64,000 nucleotides of DNA from Callorhinchus milii (taxonomy: Eukaryota). This document shows positions 27,901 to 40,923 of the stretch, piece by piece (the stretch's first letter is position 1; the number at the start of each line of letters is the position of its first letter). Made by a program: the position numbers and the translations under genes. Location of the stretch: positions 92,320,001-92,384,000 of the forward strand of contig NW_024704743.1 of NCBI RefSeq assembly GCF_018977255.1, written 5' to 3'. Under the pieces are notes generated by a model that worked only from the letters and a program-made list of their open reading frames with translations, had not been told where the DNA came from and did not search any database.

Positions 27901-28929
27901 AATCTGATAAATCAAATACCACTCCCTTCCCTTCCAAAGTTTTAGGTTGCGGTTGGGTGTGACTTTATATTTATTGGTGAATTTAAGTTATTTCATGGGG
28001 TGGGGGGTTTGCGGTTGGAGGAGAATTGTTTTTTTTCTTAAAAGATTTAATAATTATCACATTGAAGAAACATTGGAATTTTAATCCATGAGGTATTTTT
28101 AATTCATGACAGAATTTTCTATATAAAACGAGACCAGTGTCCTTTTTGTGATCTCAGTCATCATTCATGGCAACCTGTTCCAGTTGTGAATTACCCTTTG
28201 AGTAAAGAAAAACTTCCTCGTGTCTGTCCTGAAATTGCTCTTCACAACTCTAAACCTGTGTCCTCTTGTTCAACTGTCCTGGTGCATCTTAAGGTATTTT
28301 TCTGGGTCTAGTTTTTCAATCTCATTTAAAATATTATACACCTACATCCAACTGACAAGAGTCCTACCGACTGAGCCAAGCTGATACCTGCATTTTTAAT
28401 AATGATTCTAATAAAGTGGAACTGTAGAACAGCATAGAATTATAGCAGTATTTCACTTGCAGGTATGATTTAAAAAAACACAAAAAAATTAATATTATTT
28501 CTTTTGGAAGTTAATACAGAAATTTTAATAAGAGTTGGCAACATCTTCGGAAGGATTGACATAGATAATTATGATACAAGGTAATGACATTCTTTTTTTT
28601 TGACTGAAAATATAATGTACTATATCAAGATAAAATATTTCCTTTCATCTCCCCAATTATTTTCCCCTGAACTTTATCATGATTACTGGCTATCATGAAA
28701 GAGAATAACAGATTATATGATTAATGAGAGCATTTCTTCCATAATACATAGAAACAGTAGGTGTTCACAATAATGAAGGGAATTGACAAGCTGGATAGTG
28801 AACAATATTTCCGTGTGAGGAATCGAACCTAACTCTATCCAAACTTTCAACCCTTCAACCAAATTATTAATCTAGTTTATTTGACATGATGGCTTGAATA
28901 GTCTTTTTCTGCACTGCAACTTTCCGCTT

Positions 28930-29480
28930 TGCCTTCCCCCACCTCTGCAATGTCGCCTGGCTCCAACATTGACTCACACCGCAGGCCGCCGAAACCCTCA
29001 TACACGCCTTCATTACTTTGAGGCTCGACTATGAAAATTCACTGCTTGTCGGCCTCCCCAACTCCTCCCTCCTCAGGCTGCAGAGCAGCAAGAGCTCTGA
29101 AGCCCGTGTCTTCTCCTGCACTAGGCTCCACGATCTTATCACCCTCATCCATGCCCAACTCCATTGGCTTCCCATCACAAAGAGGTCACAGTTCAAGATT
29201 CTGGTCCTCACCTTCAAAGCCCTCCATGGTCTTGCTCCCCCTACCTCTCCGACCTCTTAACACCCTACCATTCTGTTCGCTCCCTCCGCTCAGCGGGCTC
29301 TGGCCTGCTTCATGTCCCCCACCTTGCTCACCCCACAATCGGCGGGCGGGCCTTCCGCCACTCTGCACCCACCCTCTGGAATTCCATCCCGCAATCCCTC
29401 CATCTCGTCCCCTCCCTCGCCACCTTCAAGACCCACCTCAAGACCCTCCTTTTCGATCATGCTTTCAATCTCCCTGATAA
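28930..29480 (+). mobile_element. L2 3' fragment
   Basis: RLDYENSLLVGLP..LHWLPI..FKILVLTFKALHGLAP..FKTHLKTLLF. Confidence 0.9.
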
Positions 29481-30019
29481 ATAATAATCTTTGTATTTGG
29501 TGTAGCACCTTTCCTGTCAGGAGCACTTCATAATATGTTTCTGTAGGTGAAAGTGGTAGCCCAACAATGTCCACAAACAGCCATGAAACGAATGACCAAT
29601 TTAACTTATAGGATTTGAGATGCTTCATTTATGACCTAAGGCACTATGATAAAATGCAAGGATTATTTATTATTTATTCCATGTCTGCGTGCACAATTTT
29701 AAGGATTTATGATTTAATTATTGACATCCACAGATAAATACCAAAAAGTAATTATAAAACGATTCTAATTGAGGATTTCAGATGATAAAAATATTGAAAA
29801 AAATGAGTCATTATCTGAAACAAGATTAGATTACATCCTCAACATGACATGTGTAATTGGTTTGGGATGTATATTGTAATTTTGTATGGAAATAATTTGT
29901 TTACATTAAATCAATTATTGTGCTGGTGAGATGTCAGTACATGAATTGCCAACTATTAGTGACAATACATGAAAAGGACTGGCAATATCAACACTGGCTG
30001 GCAATGCAGACAATGACTG

Positions 30020-30960
30020 ATAACCAGCACCAACACCAGCACCAACCACCAACATCAACACCAACCACCAACACCAACACTAACCGGCAACACCACCACC
30101 AATCAGCAACACAAACACCAACCAGCAACTCCAACACCAACTGGCAACACCAACACCCGCACCAACACCAAACACCAACACTAACACCACCCAACACCAA
30201 TACCAACTGGCAAAACCAACCAGCAACACCAAATACCAACATCAACTGGCAGCACCAACACCAACCAGCAACAACAACAACTTGGATTTATATAGCGCCC
30301 TCCACACCGGACGGCATCTCAGAGCGCTTCACTTTAACGGATCCCGGGGCCGAGCCAGGGGGAGGAAGAGACCAAAGGTGCGGTCGGTGGTGCAACACCA
30401 ACTTGCAACGGCAACACCAACCACCAAGCAACACCAACAGCAACACGAACTAGCAACAACAACACCAACCACCAACACTAACCAGCAATACCAACACCAA
30501 CCAACACCAACAGCAACACTAACTAACAACAACACCAACCACCAACACCAAACAGCAACACCAAACAGCAACACCAACTACCAACATCAACAGCAACTCC
30601 AACCACCAAACAGCAACACCAACCTCCAACACCAAACAGCAACACCAAACAGCAATACCAACCACCAACACCAAACAGCAACACCAACCACCAACAGCAA
30701 CTCTAAACAGCAACACCAACCACTAACAGCAACACCAATCACCAACAGCAACACCAACCACCAACAGCAACATCAACCAGCAACACCAACCACCAATAGT
30801 AACATCAACCAGCAACACCACCAGAAACACCAACACCACCCAACATCACTAATACTTACCAGCAACACCAACACCAACCAACATCACCAACACCTACCAG
30901 CAACACCAACACCAATATGGACACCAACCGCAAAGCCAACACTGACTGACATCACCACTG
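30020..30960. repeat. ~0.95-kb A/C-rich degenerate satellite (ACACCA/CAA/CAGCAA units)
   Basis: Directly visible; very low G and T on the + strand. Confidence 0.92.
30269..30385 (-). mobile_element. L2 lineage C tail-only insertion inside the satellite
   Basis: acaacaacaacttggatttatatagcgccctccacaccggacggcatctcagagcgc matches the copies at 21901, 43178, 52643 and 60604. Confidence 0.9.
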
Positions 30961-31039
30961 CTGGCCAGCAATGCCATACTGCCAAGGATGACTACTAGTT
31001 GATCTGTTTAACAAACAGCATTGAGAATAATTTCTTCTC

Positions 31040-31235
31040 TGTGGACAGTTTGGGCATCAGCCTGGCTCCCTTTTCTTTTCAAATAGTGTCATACAATCCT
31101 TAACATTCTTCTGAATAGGCAGACAGAATCTTGGTTTTAACATTTCATCCAAAGGATGCCATCTGTGACAATTCAGCTTTTCCCAACACTGTATTGAAGT
31201 GTCAGAGTAGACCTTATGTTCAAAGTCCACAACCT
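31040..31235 (-). mobile_element. Ancient DeuSINE-like (SacSINE1/AmnSINE1-type) remnant
   Basis: Minus strand ggactttgaacataag..ctgacacttcaatacagtg..tttggatgaaatgttaaaacc..tctgcct..cactatttgaaaagaa resembles the Deu domain as recalled. Confidence 0.55.
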
Positions 31236-32212
31236 TGAATAATAAACAAGAGTACCAATAACAACTAGGTTGACATAAAGTGGGGTGGGTACTCTGGAAG
31301 GATATGATCAAATGGGCCAAAGGGTCTTCTTCAATTTAACCCCTCTTGTTGTCTTGTGATATGTTCCCAACTGCAGATGGGTTTTTATTCTTCATTAATT
31401 GTAATTGCAGTAGTCTGAGTATTGAATGCCATGCATTGCAGTCAAAGATCGCTGATCGATTGATTTAGAATTGTTAAATATATTCTTCAAAAGGGAATGT
31501 TGCATGATTCCTACTTAGTTTTTTGTGGAATTAAAATTAAAATCAAGTCAAAAACATTTCTGACTGAAGCTTCATAAAGTAACTGCTCTTTTGAAATATT
31601 TTTAATTGCAAAGATGCTTAGATGCTGCATTGATTCTGCCATATTACTGAGGATTTTTATGATCTACTTACCCAAACACATGTGTTCCAATCTAATCTGA
31701 GTCTCATTTATAACTGGTGATCTCTAATGTACAATTAAAGAATGGTATTATGGTATTGAACAAAGGAGACAATTATTTCTGAAGTTTACTAATGCTATTT
31801 AGCTCATGACACATTGGACACTTAAAGCCACTGATACTTTATTGTTTAGTGCTGAGGGACTAATTAATGCTCAGTGTTAATTATCTTTTCTGCATGTATA
31901 ATACTTTGAAACTCTGGGTGACACAATACCCAACTATTGAAAAACCTGGGATCTCAGCTTTCTGCAGTGGCATTGAGGTTACATTTAGGGGCATGCATTT
32001 CTGCAATTTCTCTCAAAAGTATTTTTTAATTTGTATTATTAATGAACCATATACTCACTGTAATACTGATTGTTAATGTATTTTGTGGGGGAAGAGACAT
32101 AAGATTTTTCTGTCAGAAGAAGCAGCGAAAGCAATTTCCTCCGGATAATGCAAATTTTTCATATTCATAATTCATCCACAAGATAAAGTCACTTCACTTC
32201 ACTATACAATAT

Positions 32213-32580
32213 AATAATAAAAGTCCTTGAATTTGACATAGCACTTTTCAAGTCTTCTAGACATCTCAAAGCACTTCACAGAATATACTGTAAAGTCAAT
32301 TGACTATATTTGTGGGCGAAATGCAGCAGCCAATTTTGCACAGCTGTGTCCCTCCTACAGTTGTGGATGGGGTGACCAAATTGTTATTTTTTTCTAAGGA
32401 TTATTATCCCCGGAAATTTGAGCTGCCATTCGACTAAGAACTGGGTTCCTACTTATTGCTATGTAAACAGAGGCTTGTAGAGTAAGGAAACTTGCCCAAC
32501 ATTTTGCCCTGCCGGGAATCAAACCCAGGTCTCTCATTTGTGAGGTGGGTGCTCTAACCACCGAACTACAGGACTCCACA
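32213..32580 (-). mobile_element. Full-length tRNA-headed Deu-like SINE, long form
   Basis: gtggagtcctgtagttcggtggttagagc head with A box, gggtttgattccc B box, central segment, core, tail. Confidence 0.92.
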
Positions 32581-32704
32581 TACATTACTTTACACTAGAT
32601 ATTCCATGAAGTGCTTTAAGATGTCCTCCTGACTTGAAAGGCACCATATCAAATGTAAGGATTATTATTATTAATTTCATTTATGTATCCATGCCATGAT
32701 CAAC

Positions 32705-33265
32705 TCTGTCTTCCCCCACCTCCGCAACGTCGCCTGACTCCGCCATTGCCTGACCCCTCAGGCTGCCGAAATGCTCATTCACGAATTCATCACATCTAGG
32801 CTCAACTACGCCAATTCCCGTGCTTGCCGGTGTTCCCAACTCTCCCTTCCACAAACAGCAGATCATCCAGGACCTTGCAGCTCACATCTTCTCATGCACC
32901 AGGCTTCATGACCCTATCACCCCCACTCTCGCCTGGCTCCACAGGCTCCCCATCCCTCAGAGGATAGAGTTCAAAATCTTCATCCTCGCCTTCAAGGCCC
33001 TCCACGGCCTTGCTCCCTCCTATCTCTGTGATTTGCTAAGCTTTATCAACGTGTCTGCTCCCTCCGCTAGCAGGTTCAATCCGACCTGCTCCATGTCCCC
33101 CGCCCCGTCCGCATCAACGGTGCCTTCGGCCACCCTCCTACCCTCCCTCTCCTCCACCCTCCCTTACTCCAACACCCCACCCCCATGCTCGGATACAAAT
33201 CCCTGACTCTCCATTACCTTGGGATGTCCTCCCGAGGTGAAAGGCTCTATACAAAGGCAATTTTG
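32705..33265 (+). mobile_element. Old L2 3' fragment
   Basis: [43 protein letters not shown]. Confidence 0.88.
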
Positions 33266-33515
33266 TATGGTCTTACATGTATTATATGAAATTAGTACAC
33301 ATTGCAAATAATTAACATTCAGTGCACTTCAAACTGTGATGCCTGTCCAAAAACACTTCCTACTTTCCTGCCCTGTCCAACCAATAAAAAAAATCTATAT
33401 TGCTACCTACCCTACATATTCCCTCTCTATGCTTTTTGCATTCAGTTGATTAATTTTAAGTTTCTTGTTATTAAGTTTCTAAGGTTATTAAGTTTATTGA
33501 TTTCCAGAGTAAATA

Positions 33516-33691
33516 CAGTAAACTCCTGATAACTCGGCACTCCAAGGGAAACGGCTCAGTGACATGTTATCTGGAGTAGAGAGTTAGGCACATGTATAAA
33601 TACATTGATAAATGCAGCATGGATATTGACAGCATGATGATTTAAGTAGTAACGATAAGTTAAGCCAAGTCAAGTTATCAGGAGTTTACTG
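33516..33691. mobile_element. 176-bp Tc1/mariner (pogo/Tigger-type) MITE
   Basis: Perfect 19-bp TIRs CAGTAAACTCCTGATAACT / AGTTATCAGGAGTTTACTG, with TA on both sides (33514-15, 33692-93). Confidence 0.9.
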
Positions 33692-35789
33692 TATGCGTAA
33701 ACCTCTTCTGAATCATTAAAACTATTTATCCCTTTTGGTCTATTGGGTGAAGCCAACATTATTTTGGCTGACACATGCATGATTAATTGTATCCAAAAAA
33801 GACACAGAGTTCCACTTATACCACCTACATGAAATTTCCCTGCTTGCCAATTCTGGAGCATATTAGGCACAGATTGCCAAGGTTGAAGGCTTAAGGACCC
33901 CAGAGTGTTCGTTGGGGGTACTGTTGGAGTTTAACCAGCTAAAACACATAGCTTGCCATTGAGAGCACTCCCTACAGCCTATTCATCCAATGAAAACATT
34001 CCCTGTTTGCCAAGTGAAAACACTCCATATATTGCATTCCTGCCCCATGTGGCTAGGACGACTCTGACCTTAAGAGTTTTTGCTTGCAGGGTTAACAGGA
34101 GCTGAGAGGGAAAAATCCCTGCCCTCAGTGACTGAACCATACAGACTGGCCATATAGATTAGAAAGTTAAAGGTTCAAGGTCCTGATCTAGGTTGAGTTA
34201 GATTATCTCAATGAATAGTGGCAATTATGGTGAGATTTGGGAGTGCTGTCTATGAAAGTCTATCCCGAATACTAAAAATTAAGTCAAATGTCTTCAGAAG
34301 GGAGGATTTTAAAAAAAAGTTCACAGGAAAAATCAGGGGGCAGTCTTGTGAAATTGGTCCAGTTTTCAGATAAGCTTGTATATGATGGATTTTTAGCCTA
34401 ACAAATCGAACTAAGTTATTTTGACAGAACAGAGTACGTGTAATGAAAACTAAAAATAATAAGAACAAGTGGGCCTCAATGCTGGACCATTTACACGAAA
34501 TACTACGGCAAATAACATTAAAGTATCAATCTAGATTTCCCGATTGAACTGAAAATGTCTATGCCATGAGAATGGCATTGGAGCTAAACAATTAGTGAGG
34601 AGGGCTTCTTAATACAGGGACAGAATGGTTTAGCGAACGTTAACATCAGTCCCACTTTATTTGCGGCCAGTTAGGGAAACTGCACTGTTTTTCTTGTCAG
34701 CAGTACTAAAATGTTCCCTCATATACGCACTGGTGAAGCAATCAACAAGGATGCCTAAAAATAAAATTATCAAGCCACTTTTTTTGCTTACGGGTTATAC
34801 TGAATAATTCAGTTACAATATAAAAAGGAAAAATAATCAGTCTTGCATCAGTACATTATGAGGCAAGGCGTTAATTGCTGTCAGCATTCAAAGGAAGCTT
34901 TTACCAAGGAGATAAAGAAAAAAATTATTTGGTATTTGCCTCATTCATCATGCCAGGGGTTTGGGATAGAGAAGGAAGAAAAGGGTCGAAGTAAAGCAGC
35001 TGGGGAGTTAGACTGGAAGGATAAAGATTTGTAGAAGACTGAATGATTTCTTTCACTGAGTCTCTTGGAGGTTTATGAAACTCCTCAGTGAAGTCACTCA
35101 AGCGGAATAGCAGGCAGCAATTCGACTGTGGTTTGTGAGTTTGAGGTAAAGTTGACAGATCGAAGAACAGTGCATAATATCTTGGTCTTACTGAGGCAAC
35201 TATATTTTTCATATATTACATACATTTTCTGGGTAAAGGCTACATATCCATACCCTTTGGAGATATATAGAACAAGAAAACATCTGTGTGTGTGTCTGCT
35301 GATGTCAATCTGGGCTTTATTTAATGAGGCAGCAACCCTTTGAAAGACCTGATGTGTAATATTATGCTGGTCTAAAATGTAAATAGCGTAATGGCAAAGA
35401 GCCTACTTAATCAGGGTTCATGTATGTATAGTTTCCCTCCTTGCTTAGGATGATTTATTTCTTTTATTTTCACCACAGGAGCTACTTGCTAACAGTCAGC
35501 TCTTTGTATAACTACTTCCAGGGATGTATATATATTTCCACAAACGTGTCTGGAGGGAAAGTCAATGATTGCTTCTCAAATGCATGCTGTGATTTCTGCT
35601 CTGCCTCCTGCAGGTTGTTTGCTTCCTGCCATCCAGTGAAGAGGCCTAAGCGAATAAGGCAGATTGGGAAGTAATACCTCAAAGGTAGACTTATAGTGCA
35701 TGTGCACATCAGCCTTCTCAAGGCGAGTGAAGTACAGTGAAAACCAATTGAGATGTGAGCTGGACTCATATGATGCACTTAGTCTCAGC

Positions 35790-36161
35790 CTGGCTCCCTT
35801 TCTCCAGCTCCGCTCACATTCAGCTCTGCATCAACCTGTCCTCTCTCTCCGCTCAGCAGGCTCCTGCCAGCTCCATGTCCCCCGCCTAGCCCGCCCGGCC
35901 CGCCCCACCTTCAACTTCTCTGCTCCACTTTTTGGAATTCCATCCCCCAGTTCCTCCCTCCCTTGCCTCCTTCAAAGCACGTATCAAGACTCCTCTTCGA
36001 CTGCACATCATCCATCCTCCTACCCCTACCCTCCCTGCCCTCCATATCCCCACACCCAATCCCAATCCCCTGCACGTGTCCAAATCCCTGACTCTCTAGC
36101 ACCTTGGGACATCCTCCTGAGGTAAAAGGCCTGTTACAAATGTGATTTGTTGTTATTGTTG
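35790..36161 (+). mobile_element. Old L2 3' fragment
   Basis: SLRSAGSCQLHVPR homology, tail stem-loop, (TTG)n-like tail. Confidence 0.8.
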
Positions 36162-36234
36162 CATCCCCCCTCCTGACCAATGTAATAGAGCTTTTCATCA
36201 TCTGTTGAAAACAATTGCAGATGAGCTATATAAA

Positions 36235-36418
36235 AATAATAGATGCGTTTAAGGGTAAGCTAGATAAGTACCTGAGGGAGAAAGGAATAAAAGGTTATGC
36301 TGATAGGCTTTAGTTGAGGAAGGGCAGGAGGAGGCTCATGGGGAGCATAAACACCAGCACAGACCAGTTGGGCCGAATGGTCTATTTCTGTTCTGCAAAT
36401 TCTAGTAATTCTATGTAG
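36235..36418 (+). mobile_element. CR1 3' end
   Basis: tttaagggtaagctagataagtac..gagcataaacaccagcacagaccagttgggccgaatgg..attctatgta. Confidence 0.8.
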
Positions 36419-36429
36419 TTGTCTTTGTC

Positions 36430-36749
36430 TGGAGTCCTGTAGCTCAGTGGTTAGAGCACTCGGCTTGCAAGAGAGACACCTAGGTTCAATTCCAGGCAGG
36501 TGAAACCTTGGGCAAATTTCCTTACTCCACATTCCTAATAATAATCCCTCCAAAAAACAAAACTATAATAAATTGGTCATGTTCAATCCACGACTGTTTG
36601 TGGGACACTGCTGTGGCCAATTGGCTGCCAAGTTTCGCCCACAAATATACAGTCAATTCACTTTACAGCATATTCTGTAAAGCGCTTTGAGACATCTGCA
36701 AGATGTGAAAAGTGCTATATCAAATGCAAGGATTATTATATATTATTAT
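36430..36749 (+). mobile_element. Full-length tRNA-headed Deu-like SINE, short form
   Basis: A box TAGCTCAGTGG, Ala-like loop cttgcaa, B box GGTTCAATTCC, Deu-like core, (TTA)n tail. Confidence 0.95.
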
Positions 36750-36924
36750 CGTAGGAATGTATTTGCCACTCAGTTCCTGGTGGCGAATGTATATTTTCAT
36801 TCAATAATAATTAGAGTTGGTCCTTGTAATTACAGATCTATGGGTTTGCCATTATCAGTGGAAAACTACTTGAATCCATCATTTTGACACCTGCTGTCCC
36901 AGCTGATCAGGGGGAATGAGATGT

Positions 36925-37810
36925 ATTTTTTGGAGTCACCCAGGTGGTGGATAGTGGTGAGGGAGTAGATATCATCGACTTTGATTTCCAGATGGCATTA
37001 AATTAAGTTCCCTGCAGGAGATTGATGGCAAAAAATGAGATACATAGCATTGGGAACATTCTCCAGGCGTGAATGTCTGCACAATGGAAAATAAAGAGTT
37101 GGTGTTAACTCAATGTTTTCGGGTTTACAGACCGCGCCAAGTGGATTTCCCCAGGGGTCGGTTTTGGGTCCACAATTCTCCACTATTTATATAGTGGAGC
37201 CATGTGGAGGCATAAGGATTCATGGAGTCCTGTAGCTCAATGGCTAAAGCACTCGGTTTGCAAGCGAGAGACCTGGGTTCGATCCTCGGCAGGGTGAAAC
37301 CTTGGGCAATTTTCCTTACTCCACACGCCTGATAATAATCCCTCAAAAAAACACAACAATAAATTGGTCATTTCAATGCACGACTGTTTATGCAACACTG
37401 CTGTGAGCAATTGGCTGCCTCATTTTGCCCACAAATATACAGTCAATTCACTTTACAGTCTATTCTGTGAAGCGCTTTGAGACGTCTAGAAGACGTGAAA
37501 AGAGCTATACCAAATACAAGGATTATTACATTATTATATGAATGATCCTGACTTTGGTATGAAGGGATATATACAAGTTAAAAGATGACACTAAACTGGG
37601 AGTTGAACTGTGAAGAATAAGACAGAAAATTACAAACCAAAATTGACAGATTGGATAAGTAGGTGGAAATATGGCAGGTTAATTGTGACCAATAATGAGG
37701 TAATGTATTTTGGCCATAAACTTTGAGTTTGAAGACAAGAATTAATTGGAGAAGTTCTGAAGAAGCAGACGAATTGGGATATACTAGTAAATAGATTGTT
37801 CACAAGTGTA
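36925..37810 (+). mobile_element. Old CR1 RT fragment split by a SINE insertion
   Basis: ttgatttccagatggcat; agtggatttccccaggggtcggttttgggtcc ([10 protein letters not shown]); gatgacactaaactggg (DDTKLG). Confidence 0.75.
37222..37537 (+). mobile_element. Full-length tRNA-headed Deu-like SINE, short form
   Basis: tggagtcctgtagctcaatggctaaagc..gggttcgatcc head, core, tail. Confidence 0.93.
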
Positions 37811-38039
37811 TATACATTTGCTTTATAATAAATAAATAATAATCCTTGCATTTAAATAGAGCACATTATCATATCATCAATATATTGCAAAGCGCTTTAC
37901 AGGATATACTGTAAAATGGTTTGATTGTGTATTCTGTAGCTAAACTCCAAATGTTTGGTGGCTTTTGAAGACAACCAAGATGGGGTCAAAGTGGTACTTC
38001 TAACATTTTAAAATAGTCACAGATTAGACCCCACTAATA

Positions 38040-38470
38040 GAACTTGAGAAATTTGCAGCACTGAAGACAATTCAGCCCACCTTGTCTATGTTCCCTCTTT
38101 GAAAGTGTGATCCATTCCATCTCCATTTACCTGTCTTTTTCCTGTAGCCTGCAAATTATTCCTTTTTAGATACTTATTTCGCTATTAAAAACCAATATGG
38201 ATTCTGCCTCAATCGCAATTCACAGCAGTTTCCACATCTTAGCAATACTCTATGTAGAAAAAATGCTCCCTGTCTCCTTCTTTGCTACCTTGCTAACTGT
38301 CTTAAATTGATGCCCTCCAGTCGCTGAGTCACCGACCAGTGGAAGTCATTTATTCCTATCTACTCTCTCACAACCATTCATAATCTTAAAGACCTTTATC
38401 AGGTCTCCCCTTAACCTTCTCTGTTATAACGGAAAAGAGAGCCAGTTCCTCCAGTCTGTTCTCATAGTCC
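38040..38470 (-). mobile_element. Old CR1 3' end
   Basis: ttcagcccacc..ttccacatcttagcaatactctatgtagaaaaaa..ttatcaggtctccccttaaccttctc. Confidence 0.7.
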
Positions 38471-40129
38471 TGTACATATGTTCAGCATCAGCATTTCGGA
38501 GAACAAATGAAATGCTAATCTAAAAAGAAAGAATGCTATTGTTAGGGTGCAAGTTACAAAATAGTTTTGAATATATTTAAGGGAAATTAACAAACACACA
38601 GAAAGTAAATTCACTAATTGATGTCAAAATATTCCCTTTGTTTCCAGCTGAAGGAAACTGATTAAAATATAGATTTTAAAAATGTTTGCTGAAGACAAAA
38701 TATTTAATTAAAAAGAGATTGCCTTAAATAATGAGCTTCTTGGTAGAAGGCCGTATGTCTCTTTGTTTATCCATGTAGGATTTACTTTTTCCTCCTCCCC
38801 CATCCCCACCAATCTGTCCTTCCATGAGTTTGCCTTTGCTCCTATTTCCAAAAATTAGTACACCCCACACCTGCATTAGTGCACTTGTTAGTCAGTTGCC
38901 TTGATCATAAAATGTGCATCTTGCAAAGTGCATCAGCATTGATTGCCATGATTTATCAATTCAAACGAGCTTGGATTCCTCAAATCTGACCTCAAGGATC
39001 TCAATTGCTGATGGGATTTCATTAGTGCTTCTTTGGAAAGTTAGATAAATAGAGGTTATAGCCTTTTTACTGATTGAAGGAATGTTAATCTTAATGAATC
39101 TCAAAACAAACCTCTTTGATCGCGCTTTTGGTCATCTTTCCCCTCCACACTCCTTTTAGCTTCCACCCCCAGCTGAGGTTTCCAGCCAGCAGTGTTAAGC
39201 ACTTGGAGACATCCTAGTGCCTGACATAAAAGGCACTATAAAAATGTAAATTGTATTGTGTCGTATTGATCCAGTGTGCAAATTCATTGCAGGCCTTTGT
39301 TTTTTTTCCAACTGGAACCAGAATGTTTTGCCAATGTTTCTGACATGTGTACCCGACTACAAATTGCTTGAAGCTGGATAATAATACTGCAGGGTCTGTT
39401 TTAGCTGTTTGTAAAAAATGTGTTCCTTTTGTTGAGTCTTTATAATGAGATTGCCTATCTAGATGGTACAACTGCTTTACATAATCCATATTTTGCAAGG
39501 TTCTCAAATATAATATACATGTACCTACATGTCTATAGCAGTGGGAACTTTAAGAACTATTTCATTTACAAAATGTAATTTTATTAACTTTCAAAACTGA
39601 CAATTATTGATATCAAGATATCTATATTAATCAGTATAATTTGAGATATCATAAGCTAAAATAAATACGCACCATGAATATCATTATCCAGTTTCCAATT
39701 ATTTAAACTGTCACAGTTGCCAAAAGGATTTATTAATTTACAAACTAGTTGCGTGTTGTTGCACAATTTTCAGTTACCTAAACTCTGTTATCTTCCAGCT
39801 TCAGTTTCAGATAATTGGATGTGTATTTATAACACTGTCAATGCCTCGCAGCCAAGGGACCCGCTTGTCATGAAATGCTATTTAGTGATTAGAAATTTAC
39901 AGTAAAAGTTTGTAAGTCATTTCTGCTGCTCAAATTTCCTGCACATCTAACCACTTTTTGACTTGTCCTATCTTCTGTTATTCTTTAAAACCTTGACGGT
40001 GTACTGCGCTTCGGATCATAGCCTTCAGCTGAGTTCTGATTAAAACCAATAAAAAATACCAAATTTACCAAACTGCCATCTAATACAATTACTACTTTAA
40101 AGTTTCTATAGAAAATAAAACAAAAAACA

Positions 40130-40555
40130 GGAACAGAAGGAGGCCATTACGCCCATTGAACCTGCTTCCAACAATTTATGAGATTTTGACAGATCTTTTA
40201 ATTCCAATACCTTGCCTTTTCACTATCGTCAATTTCTCTTTTACATATCCCTATTGAGTCCAACTCTACAGCTTTCTTGAGCAGAGTATTCCACATCTTC
40301 ACAACCCTTTGTGTGAATAAATGATTCTGACTCAGTTCTAAATGCCTTAGTTTTGATTTTAAGCCATGCCCTCTTCTAATGGATTCCTCAATCAGAGGGA
40401 ACAGTCTTCCACTAACCAACTTGTCAATTCCTTTCATTATTTTTAATACCTCAATCAAATCACCATTGTCCCTCTCCATAATAATGAATATAATTGATCT
40501 ACTCACCGTCTCATCATCGCTATGCCCCTTTAGCCCAGGTATTAATCTTGTTACT
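40130..40555 (-). mobile_element. Old CR1 3' end
   Basis: GDLIEVLKIMKGIDK..LFP..RRGHGLK..FTQRVVKMWNTL (ORF 40198-40614). Confidence 0.85.
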
Positions 40556-40923
40556 GAATATCCTCCAAGACTGGTGCAGTGGAGTCCTGCTGGATTGGGG
40601 TATTTGGGATCCATAATATCCCAAACTACTCTATAGCAAAGTGGAATAGGTAACTTGACTGTTTATATGTGCAGCTGGGTAGCACACTTCTTGTGATTTG
40701 AGTGCTTCTTGTACTAAACAAATGGCCACAAGCAACAACACTTTCTGTTTGCTGTGCATTTGAAAGCAGGATGTGATGTTGGTGGTGACCTGATGATCAG
40801 GATGTCTGTGAAGATGGCTGGCTTTGGGGTCATTCAGTCACTGCTGACACCACTTCCTGCTTTGCACAGGTGCAACAAAGCAAGAAGTGACAACAATGAT
40901 TTCCTAATGATCTACCCTTGGCC

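Noticed and set aside
29920..30998. Long Q/H/T/N/P-rich ORFs (177 and 238 aa)
   Set aside because: Stop codons are scarce because the satellite has few T; the ORFs also run through an antisense L2 tail
36430..36505. tRNA-Ala(TGC)-like sequence (also at 37222, 46629, 32580, 46554)
   Set aside because: No proper acceptor stem, and each continues into the SINE body; these are SINE heads, not tRNA genes
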